64,000 bases of DNA from a virus. A model generated the notes under the pieces. That model made no database searches. It saw only the letters and a program-made list of their open reading frames with translations, and had not been told where the DNA came from. The position numbers and the translations under genes were made by a program. Position 1 is the stretch's first letter, and every line of letters begins with the position of its first letter. Shown here piece after piece: positions 50,406 through 58,001 of the stretch. The stretch lies in IMG/VR virus record IMGVR_UViG_3300025437_000011, positions 44,476-108,475 of that record, one strand, 5' to 3'.

Positions 50406-50966
50406 ATGCATAACGCATTTCTAATAGCTGATCCACACTTCTCCCATGAGGGGGTTTGTAAGTTCCTTCGTGATGATGAGACAAAACTACGCCCTTGGGA
50501 TAATGCCACCGACATGGATGAAGCGATGATTGAGAACTGGAACAAGGTTGTTCGGCCAGTTGATAAAGTCTATGTTTGTGGCGACCTAGTAATGAAGGCC
50601 AAAAAGCAGATTGGTATTATGAATAGACTGAACGGTAAAAAGGTTCTAATAAAGGGCAATCATGATATCGGTGAGCTAAAGGTTTATCTTCCATATTTCT
50701 ATGATATTCGAGCATTTCATATCTTAGATAACTTTGCTATTACCCATATTCCTATTCATCCAGATTGCTTGGCTAGGTTTAGAGGTAACATTCATGGACA
50801 TATTCATCAGAGAAAAGTTATGATGTTGGATGGAGATGAGTTCAGAGTGCCAGATCCAAGGTACTTTTGCATCTCTGCCGAGCAGATTAATTATACTCCT
50901 ATTGAGTGGAATGATCTTAGAAAAAAGTTCTATAGTCAATTGGGACTTGAGATTAACAATAATTAA
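50406..50966 (+). CDS. metallophosphoesterase
   Basis: ADPHFSH, NWN, GDL, GNHD, THIP, HGHIH. Confidence 0.9.
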   Translation: MHNAFLIADPHFSHEGVCKFLRDDETKLRPWDNATDMDEAMIENWNKVVRPVDKVYVCGDLVMKAKKQIGIMNRLNGKKVLIKGNHDIGELKVYLPYFYDIRAFHILDNFAITHIPIHPDCLARFRGNIHGHIHQRKVMMLDGDEFRVPDPRYFCISAEQINYTPIEWNDLRKKFYSQLGLEINNN

Positions 50967-50969
50967 ACT

Positions 50970-51212
50970 ATGTTGATAACAAATATTAAATTACTAATTA
51001 TTTCCGTTCGGCAACTGGGGATAGTAACGGGATTGCGATATTTCCGTTGCTATCTTCGTGCATTAAAACATCCAGAGTTTACTTTGGAGTGGGCGGAATC
51101 TTGTGAAAAATATGCAAGAAAATTAGAATTCTTCAATGCTGATGATCCCGTAGCTATTGCCGCTAGAAATTGGGCACAAACCCTCAGGGAGTACGCCAAA
51201 TGCAAAAATTAA
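50970..51212 (+). CDS. hypothetical protein
   Basis: 80 aa ORF. Confidence 0.55.
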   Translation: MLITNIKLLIISVRQLGIVTGLRYFRCYLRALKHPEFTLEWAESCEKYARKLEFFNADDPVAIAARNWAQTLREYAKCKN

Positions 51213-51213
51213 T

Positions 51214-51999
51214 TTATTTACTATGTAAAATTTCAATTAATATTTCATGCAATTTATTATTATCTTCCTTTAACTCTTTAATTTTATTTTTAAACGGTTT
51301 AAAAAAAATTTGCAGATTATCACCATATTGCGTTATGGCTTCCATAAATCTAAACGAAACCCTATCTTTCAGATGTAGAGTTATTAATTTATTATAATCA
51401 ATAAATAGCACATCGTCTTCTTCCCTGTGCATATTTAAGTTATTAACCAAATTAATTGGTTCGCTATTTTGCTGATTATAGCAATAAACATTCATAGCTA
51501 AAGTTACATCGCTATAACGAACATCTCTAATACTGAAATTATTATTTAAAATAAACTCCCCAAGTTTAAAAAATGTTTTTGCATTCATGAGTATACCAGA
51601 ACCGCCATGAATATGAGGTATAGTGCCAAATTCTTGAGTATCAGATGGTGAAACTCTACCATGTATTTCTAAAGCATCCTTAGAGAGCATAGGTAAAAAA
51701 TTTAGTAATTCTTTTTTATTAATATATGTATCATCATCACCAATAAAATACCAGTCAAATTCGCTATGAGAATGATAATCAAAAATATATAAAAGCTTAT
51801 TTATACAAGAAAGATAATCATCCGTATTAGAAAGTTTAACAATCGGAATTTTATCGAAAGTATTAAAACCGCCTATAAGAAAAATTTTAGAATTCAACTC
51901 TTTATTTAAATGCTTATCTATATGCGCATAAAGAGGAATTGTTCTTTTTTCATGGAACCCCTTACATACCAAAAAATTATAGCAAATATTTTCGGACAT
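51214..51999 (-). CDS. Fringe-like (GT31) glycosyltransferase
   Basis: DWYFIGDDDTY, GGSGILM, SDVTL, ITLH. Confidence 0.8.
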   Translation of the reverse strand: MSENICYNFLVCKGFHEKRTIPLYAHIDKHLNKELNSKIFLIGGFNTFDKIPIVKLSNTDDYLSCINKLLYIFDYHSHSEFDWYFIGDDDTYINKKELLNFLPMLSKDALEIHGRVSPSDTQEFGTIPHIHGGSGILMNAKTFFKLGEFILNNNFSIRDVRYSDVTLAMNVYCYNQQNSEPINLVNNLNMHREEDDVLFIDYNKLITLHLKDRVSFRFMEAITQYGDNLQIFFKPFKNKIKELKEDNNKLHEILIEILHSK

Positions 52000-52036
52000 A
52001 GGATTTATTACACATTATTGTTTTTGTAAAAACAAT

Positions 52037-52065
52037 TTGACAACCCGAACAAATTGTAATATTAT
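52037..52065 (+). promoter_or_regulatory. sigma-70 promoter for the tmRNA/tRNA operon
   Basis: TTGACA-17-TATTAT, followed by GTGTAAT (52087) and boxA-like GATCTTTGACAG (52126). Confidence 0.7.
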
Positions 52066-52164
52066 AAGAGAGTAAGAAATTACTGCGTGTAATTAACTTA
52101 CTAGGAGAATCCATTTTTCCTTAACGATCTTTGACAGTAAAATCTAATTAATGAAATATTTTAT

Positions 52165-52602
52165 GGGGGCGTATAGTTTCGACTCTTAAAATAGATTATT
52201 ATTGCATGTAGTGGTTGATCGTCCGGCCACTTTAAAAGACGATTAAAAAACTAAACGCAAAAGTTATTACTAATGCAGTTGAGGCAGTTAAGTCAGCAAT
52301 GACAAACGTTGTAGAGTTCTTCTGTGAGGAAGAGAGCTACGCGCTAGCCGCCTAAACGCCAAAGCAGATCCTATTAAAGCTTTGGAAAATAAAATAGGTT
52401 GAGCCAATCATGTGTCGCTCATTAAATAATCATGAGGGTGCTTGTAGACTCTTCACTATAAGAGGTAGGACTCTAAACATAGATAGGTTAATAACACCTT
52501 GTTACCTAAAGTCAACGGAAGTACGAAGTTATTGAAGCATGTATAGATATAATAATTGAACTTTAAGAACACAGGGGGTGCGATTCCCCCTCGCCTCCAC
52601 CA
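52165..52602 (+). ncRNA. ssrA: tmRNA
   Basis: 5' GGGGGCG..TTCGAC, 3' CGCCTCCACCA with G3:U70; tag ORF 52257-52355 ending YALAA*. Confidence 0.93.
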
Positions 52603-52685
52603 ATATGCCTAGGTAGCACCTAGGATGAAGGGCATGAGCGAGGAAAGGCCAAATAGATAAAAATAAAGCTCGCACAATTTTTTAC

Positions 52686-52764
52686 GCCAGTGTGGCTCAG
52701 CGGCGACAGCGCCACTTTTGTAAAGTGGAATACAACACCGGGGGTTCGAGTCCCTCCACTGGCT
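52686..52764 (+). tRNA. tRNA-Thr(TGT)
   Basis: GCCAGTG/CACTGGC; CCACT-TT TGT AA-AGTGG. Confidence 0.88.
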
Positions 52765-52962
52765 CACTTTTCGACTCTCACGAACGGCATTTCAAAATTA
52801 TCTTGATATACCAATCAAATAGTGTAATAATCAGTTCATAGTCGATAAACTTCGACAAATGATCTTTGATAGTAAAATTTAATTTTACCTTCTCTAGTTT
52901 AAAAGTAAAACAGTTCTTTGATAAGGAACGGAACAAGGAGCGTTACCTTGGAGAAGGATTTT

Positions 52963-53037
52963 TGAAGTGTAGCTCAATGGTTGAGCGCTTGGCTGTTAAC
53001 CAGGTGGCTGTAGGTTCGAGTCCTACCACTTCAGCCA
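52963..53037 (+). tRNA. tRNA-Asn(GTT)
   Basis: TGAAGTG/CACTTCA; CT GTT AA; encoded CCA. Confidence 0.92.
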
Positions 53038-53040
53038 TTT

Positions 53041-53216
53041 TCGAGGGCGGCGTGGAAACCATAGACACGCGGCGCAGATTGATTACAGATGGGGGGCGAT
53101 TGCTTCAACCGAGACCCTTCCTATCCGTTGGATCGACAAACATCGTTTGCGTCGGAATAAGAATATGCGGAGGTTGAAGTCTGCATGCGCGGAAGTAATG
53201 TACTGCCCCTCAAACA
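53041..53216 (+). ncRNA. tRNA-like RNA with an expanded (about 115 nt) domain replacing the anticodon arm
   Basis: GAGGG/CCCTC acceptor-like stem, GCGTG/CACGC D-like arm, internal GCAGATT/AGTCTGC and CTTCAACC/GGTTGAAG helices. Confidence 0.55.
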
Positions 53217-53313
53217 ATTTCAGCTAAAGATTCTGTAGTGGTAGTGCTGAACTACCGTCCGAAGACTACAGAACACGTTTGCGAGGTGTTCGTCAAAACC
53301 CGCCCAATTTCAT

Positions 53314-53389
53314 GCGGATGTGGCTCGACAAGAAAGGCAACGGTCTCCAAAACCGTCAAATGTAGGTGCGATACCTACCATCCGTGCCA
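53314..53389 (+). tRNA. tRNA-Trp(CCA)
   Basis: ACGGT-CT CCA AA-ACCGT; TGCGA T-loop; encoded CCA. Confidence 0.85.
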
Positions 53390-53395
53390 ATTTAT

Positions 53396-53474
53396 GCGTA
53401 GTTTCCGTAGAGGAATGAGACGGAGGTGATCTAGACATTGCCGTTAATTAGCTCAATACTAACGCTACGCTCCA
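53396..53474 (+). tRNA. divergent tRNA-like gene, anticodon ambiguous (CTA possible)
   Basis: GCGTAGT/GCTACGC-TCCA; CCGT/ACGG D-stem; TTAG-CTCAATA-CTAA T-arm. Confidence 0.5.
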
Positions 53475-53607
53475 ATTAACATACTCGGTAGTTCCCTCTC
53501 CCTGATTGAAAGGTTGGGTGTAAGGTGATCGGGTTTTTGGTACATACAAAACTTAGACATAATTCGGGACGCCGAAGGTTTTAAGGACAAAAGTACCATC
53601 CATTTTT

Positions 53608-53683
53608 AGCAGGGTAGACAAGTGGTTAAGTCGTCACGCTCATAACGTGAAGATCGTGGGTTCAAATCCCGCCCCTGCCACCA
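53608..53683 (+). tRNA. tRNA-Met(CAT), initiator-like
   Basis: A1:C72 mismatch, TTCAAAT T-loop, CT CAT AA. Confidence 0.85.
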
Positions 53684-53776
53684 ATTTATTCGGTAGCTTC
53701 GGCGCAGAGGTAGCGAATGTGTAAGAGGCAAGGGCTTTCGCTGAATTATGCCTCCTCTTTACCGAATAATATTTTT

Positions 53777-53850
53777 GGGCTATTAACATAAAATTAATGT
53801 ACCGCACTTCCAATGCGGAAAAATCGGGGAAGTACCGATATAGCCCTCCA
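53777..53850 (+). tRNA. tRNA-Gly(TCC), atypical D and T loops
   Basis: CCGCA-CT TCC AA-TGCGG; T-loop GGAAGTA; TCCA end. Confidence 0.75.
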
Positions 53851-53856
53851 ATTTTT

Positions 53857-53930
53857 GGGGGTATAATGTAACGGTAGCCTGAGACCTTGCCAAGGTTTAC
53901 GAGAGGGTTCGATTCCCTCTACCCCCTCCA
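53857..53930 (+). tRNA. tRNA-Gly(GCC)
   Basis: GGGGGTA/TACCCCC; TT GCC AA. Confidence 0.9.
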
Positions 53931-53931
53931 T

Positions 53932-54005
53932 GCTTCAGTAGTGAACTGGATTCATCACGAAACGCTACGGACGTTTAGAACAAGGTTCGATTCCTTGCTG
54001 AAGCA
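53932..54005 (+). tRNA. tRNA-Arg(ACG)
   Basis: GCTTCAG/CTGAAGC; AAACG-CT ACG GA-CGTTT. Confidence 0.88.
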
Positions 54006-54049
54006 TTTTCTTTAATTATATTTTATAGTCACATACCCTATATAACCCA

Positions 54050-54817
54050 ATGAGTCCCAAAATAGCCTTCATATTTCTTATCTATGATAAAATTAATCAA
54101 GAAAGAATATGGTATGATTTTTTTAAAGATATTAATCCGGAATTATATTCTATCTATATTCACTATAAAATAGAAATGCCGCAGCAACCATTACTATTTT
54201 TTGAAAAATTTAAATTAAATAATTGCATACAAACCAAATGGGGCGAAGTATCCTTAGTAAAGGCGCAAAATCTTGCAATCAAAGAAGCCCTAAAAGATCC
54301 CTTAAATAAAAAATTTATAACAGTTAGTGGCGCATGTATTCCTATAAAAAACTTCAATCAAATATATAAAAAGATTATAGAAAATGAAAATAGCTATTTT
54401 AATGAAAGCATAGCCAGAAATAATTTGGCTAGAAATTCTCCGTTATTTGAAAAAATAATACCGTTCAAAGCATCCCAGTGGATGATTCTTAGCAGAAAAC
54501 ATGCAATTTATTGTACTCTTAGCGATAAATTAGTTGACTTATTTATTAAAGTTCCAATTTTTGCAGATGAATATTTTTATATTACATTATTAAAAAATCA
54601 TCCTATATTTTCATCAGAAATTATAAACTATCCCGTTACAAATACTAAGTGGAATATTAAAAATAAAATGCATCCTATAGAACATATAGATATTTCCCAA
54701 TCCTCATTAAATGAAATTTTTTTATCTGAAAGTTTTTTTGCTAGAAAATTTAATCAAAATTGTAAAGTAGGGCAAATAGATTTATATTCTTATGTAAATT
54801 TATCGACAATACATTGA
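54050..54817 (+). CDS. core-2/I-branching (GT14) glycosyltransferase
   Basis: KIAFIFL, YSIYIH, TKWGEVSLV, SGACIP, KASQW, ADEY, FARKF. Confidence 0.85.
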   Translation: MSPKIAFIFLIYDKINQERIWYDFFKDINPELYSIYIHYKIEMPQQPLLFFEKFKLNNCIQTKWGEVSLVKAQNLAIKEALKDPLNKKFITVSGACIPIKNFNQIYKKIIENENSYFNESIARNNLARNSPLFEKIIPFKASQWMILSRKHAIYCTLSDKLVDLFIKVPIFADEYFYITLLKNHPIFSSEIINYPVTNTKWNIKNKMHPIEHIDISQSSLNEIFLSESFFARKFNQNCKVGQIDLYSYVNLSTIH

Positions 54818-54906
54818 AATCAAATTCTAGTTTATAAAATTAAAAATAATCAATAATTTTAATTGACTATATAAACAAAGTCAATTATTATACGTATCTA
54901 TAATAC

Positions 54907-54981
54907 GTTCCCATAGTGTAACGGTCAGCACAAATCCCTTTCACGGATTTAGTAGGGGTTCGAATCCCCTTGGGAATGCCA
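54907..54981 (+). tRNA. tRNA-Glu(TTC)
   Basis: AATCC-CT TTC AC-GGATT; encoded CCA. Confidence 0.9.
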
Positions 54982-55025
54982 ATTTAAATTGATTTCTGAA
55001 TAAAAAAGTGTAACAATATACAAAT

Positions 55026-55103
55026 GCGTCAGTGCCTGAGAAGCCCAAAGGAAGAGTCTGCAAAACTCTAAAGTCACAGGTGCAAATCCTGTCTGACGCT
55101 CCA
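55026..55103 (+). tRNA. tRNA-Cys(GCA)
   Basis: AGAGT-CT GCA AA-ACTCT; U73, CCA. Confidence 0.88.
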
Positions 55104-55108
55104 CTTTT

Positions 55109-55348
55109 ATGAAATTCATAATTATATTTTTATTGCTTTCTTGTACGTTAATTGCACAAGAACATGATCCAAAACCGGTCATGGATTCTGTATATAATAA
55201 TATAGATATTATCAATAAACATTTACAGGAAAATTATAAACTAGATTTGGGGAAAAAATTAAATATAGTTTTAACTGGAGAAATGGTTCAAGATTTTAAT
55301 AAGCAATTAAATAATAGAACTTATACTAATTTTAAAATAGAATTTTAA
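55109..55348 (+). CDS. secreted hypothetical protein
   Basis: Signal peptide [16 protein letters not shown]. Confidence 0.6.
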   Translation: MKFIIIFLLLSCTLIAQEHDPKPVMDSVYNNIDIINKHLQENYKLDLGKKLNIVLTGEMVQDFNKQLNNRTYTNFKIEF

Positions 55349-55350
55349 AT

Positions 55351-55438
55351 GGATAGATGGCAGAGTGGTCTATTGCACTAGTCTTGAAAACTGGAGGACT
55401 GAAAGGTTCCGTGGGTTCGAATCCTACTCTATCCGCCA
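55351..55438 (+). tRNA. tRNA-Ser(TGA)
   Basis: Long variable arm; CT TGA AA; GCCA end. Confidence 0.92.
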
Positions 55439-55466
55439 CTTTACAAAAGAATGTGTAATAAAAGAA

Positions 55467-55631
55467 ATGTTAGATCCTCTAGAATCTGCACTTTGGGGCT
55501 TCTTACTTTTTCCGTATCTTTTTTATTACATTTTTGAACGCTGGGGAAAAATATTCGGAACTATTATTTCATTGACTTTCCTAACAATTATTGGTATGCT
55601 CATAGCATGGATAACACTACAGACGACATAA
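55467..55631 (+). CDS. small two-TM membrane protein
   Basis: True start at MLDPLES; GTGTAAT 14 nt upstream. Confidence 0.55.
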   Translation: MLDPLESALWGFLLFPYLFYYIFERWGKIFGTIISLTFLTIIGMLIAWITLQTT

Positions 55632-56071
55632 AAGAGAAGGACAGGCTAGATCTCTATAGAGAAGAGATTGAGCATCGGGAGAACCTTATTAAAAAAGCTT
55701 TAGAATTATGGTATGATCTGATTGGCGGCGACCATCACAAAGATCGTGATTGTCATTTTTACATTGAACGTGAGTATTCTACTTACAGGCCCGGCACTTG
55801 GAGCGTATACCATAATGGATATATTCTTAAAGATTACAAGGAAGAGTTCCCAACTTTTGAACAGGCACTACAAGGTTTGTTGACTTTTCTTTTAGAAAAG
55901 ATTGCAGAAGAAATCTCTTTAACACTCCAGCATTTTGATGATCTCGTTCAGCAGGGCGAGCGTAAACCAGAAGACAAGGAAATTTGGCAAAAGTATATGA
56001 AGCGTCTGGAAATCATAGTTCTCTCTCAATACTATGATGTAGAGAAAGAAGAGAAGGATGTAATTAAATAA
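55607..56071 (+). CDS. hypothetical protein
   Basis: DHHKDRDCH motif; TTGACT(55572) promoter. Confidence 0.7.
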   Translation: MDNTTDDIKEKDRLDLYREEIEHRENLIKKALELWYDLIGGDHHKDRDCHFYIEREYSTYRPGTWSVYHNGYILKDYKEEFPTFEQALQGLLTFLLEKIAEEISLTLQHFDDLVQQGERKPEDKEIWQKYMKRLEIIVLSQYYDVEKEEKDVIK

Positions 56072-56074
56072 GAA

Positions 56075-56299
56075 ATGGACACTGATTCTCTATATCGCCG
56101 TCTAGATACTATCGAGTGGATGATGACCTTGCCACCCGGAGAAAATGATTTCAAAATTGAAGCGGCAATTAATAATTGCAAGGAAGAGGGGCGCTCACAA
56201 AAAGACATAATTCAGTTTATTAATTTAGCGTTCAGAACAGAAGTTGACGATTTTATTATCTGGTTAGACTCAATGAACTGTAAGCCGATCAAGCCATAA
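56075..56299 (+). CDS. hypothetical protein
   Basis: Tightly packed ORF. Confidence 0.6.
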   Translation: MDTDSLYRRLDTIEWMMTLPPGENDFKIEAAINNCKEEGRSQKDIIQFINLAFRTEVDDFIIWLDSMNCKPIKP

Positions 56300-56300
56300 A

Positions 56301-56537
56301 ATGCAAAACGTAATTACGGAAACATATTTAATTGAGATTAAAATGCCGGACACAGAAAAATGGCTAGATGTGGGATTAAATAGTCGTTGGAAAACTCTTG
56401 AAGAAGCCGAACAGGAAATGCAGAAAATAGCTTCTCCCTATGGAGACCAATATAATTTCAGAGTCGGTCATATTGTTTGCACCCAAACAATCTTGAAAGA
56501 AATTACTGGTGAACGAAAAATTACCTTGCTAGAATAA
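56301..56537 (+). CDS. hypothetical protein
   Basis: Tightly packed ORF. Confidence 0.6.
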   Translation: MQNVITETYLIEIKMPDTEKWLDVGLNSRWKTLEEAEQEMQKIASPYGDQYNFRVGHIVCTQTILKEITGERKITLLE

Positions 56538-56560
56538 ACAAATTATTTTAGAATAAAAAA

Positions 56561-57163
56561 ATGGGAATGTTTAATTATATATTTTGCCGTAAGAAGTTAC
56601 CACTTTGCACCTTAACCAAAGGTTTGAAAGTTGACTGGAAAAACATGGACTTTCAAACGAAAGACATGGATTGCCTAATGAACACTTATGAAATAACCCC
56701 TAGGGGCCGTCTTCGTCAGCGGAAAAACCGTTGGTTCTGGAAGGATGAAGAACCTTCCGAGCAAGACAAGGAACCGGAATGGATTAACTCTGATTATACT
56801 GGAAGTATTAATTTTTACGCTACTGTATATTCTGAACCTGGATATATTGATATTGCTTGGGAAAATATAACCGAACAGGTTATTGAAGATTGTGACGTAA
56901 TAGAATATTGGGTAGAGTTTGTAGCGATTTTTTACAAAGGAAAACTCGAAGAATTAGAGTGGTATAAAACCGACGCGCACCCAGTAAAGGAACAGTTAAT
57001 TAATGAAAAAAGATGGTATGAAGAAAGGCTCGCAAAAGATCGCCTTATTCAAAATAGAATTAAAAGAGTTCTACGAAAGGTGCCGGGCTATAGGCAGCTA
57101 ACTCAATCCCTACGAAAGTTTGTTGAATTCCAAAGTAAGATAGTTAATAAACTATATTATTAA
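56561..57163 (+). CDS. conserved hypothetical phage protein
   Basis: MGMFNYI.C...FQTKD..C.M..YEI motif. Confidence 0.7.
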   Translation: MGMFNYIFCRKKLPLCTLTKGLKVDWKNMDFQTKDMDCLMNTYEITPRGRLRQRKNRWFWKDEEPSEQDKEPEWINSDYTGSINFYATVYSEPGYIDIAWENITEQVIEDCDVIEYWVEFVAIFYKGKLEELEWYKTDAHPVKEQLINEKRWYEERLAKDRLIQNRIKRVLRKVPGYRQLTQSLRKFVEFQSKIVNKLYY

Positions 57164-57678
57164 AAAGGAAGAACGTAGAAGCGTGTTGTTCCGCTATGAT
57201 TCGGAACATATCTGCCGCCCATATAATTAGCGTTGCCACTCTGTTCAACAGAAACAACAACAGAGCCGGGCCCTATAATGTGCGCATAATTACCAGAAAT
57301 TGTTGCGACTTCCGTATCCCAACTAGTAAAATGGACTGGAAGTCCGACGTTTGATTCGCCACTCAACAAATAAGTAGTATGCCCACCAGTTGCGTCTGGA
57401 ACGATAGTAGGAGGATATTGAACTAATTTTTGTGTGCCCCTATAAATAAATATACCAGTCCAAGCACGACCATGAAAAGTTCCTTCGGAATCAAAAAAAT
57501 CAGCAAAAATAGTTGCCCTACCAGCCGAAGTAATATTAATATAATTTCCACTACAAACATGAATAGGCTCAATAGTAGTAGTTGAATATACTGGAGTTAA
57601 TCCCTCGATATCAGTTACCGCTTCAACTTGAAAAGGAGGATTACCAAAGGTTTGAGAGGGGATTGGATTAAATTGCAT
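57160..57678 (-). CDS. Ig-like repeat protein, probably virion-associated
   Basis: Two repeats with GLxx(V)xxxS...VATISGN...G...V...QSGNANY pattern; GTGTAAT upstream. Confidence 0.6.
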   Translation of the reverse strand: MQFNPIPSQTFGNPPFQVEAVTDIEGLTPVYSTTTIEPIHVCSGNYINITSAGRATIFADFFDSEGTFHGRAWTGIFIYRGTQKLVQYPPTIVPDATGGHTTYLLSGESNVGLPVHFTSWDTEVATISGNYAHIIGPGSVVVSVEQSGNANYMGGRYVPNHSGTTRFYVLPF

Positions 57679-57802
57679 ATATAAAAATATTACACTTAAA
57701 AATTTGTATTGTTAAAGATAATAAACTAATTGATAAGGGTTATCTAAAAATATTTATAAAACACAGCTTGACACGCTATCAAAATAATTCTACAATTTAA
57801 AA

Positions 57803-57985
57803 ATGAAGACCATTAAAAGATACGATCCCTACCTTTCAGATTGCGGAGAAGCAGACCTAGAAGAGAGCCCAAGCGGTGACTGGGTTTCCTACTACAAGTA
57901 TGCTGACCTTTACAAGAAATACATTCGGGCACGTTCCGCCCTGAATAAGGTTAAAATTAAAAAAGAAATTAAAAAGAACCAATAA
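57803..57985 (+). CDS. hypothetical protein
   Basis: TTGACA(57768)-17-TACAAT-6-ATG. Confidence 0.65.
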   Translation: MKTIKRYDPYLSDCGEADLEESPSGDWVSYYKYADLYKKYIRARSALNKVKIKKEIKKNQ

Positions 57986-58001
57986 GCTGGTATAATAAAT
58001 A

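Noticed and set aside
52866-53429. ORFs 52866-53177 and 53238-53429
   Set aside because: They run through tRNA-Asn, tRNA-Trp and structured RNAs; likely spurious
53686-53769. Theta/HDV-like or hammerhead ribozyme call
   Set aside because: No room for P3/L3 and no CUGANGA/GAAA core; left unclassified
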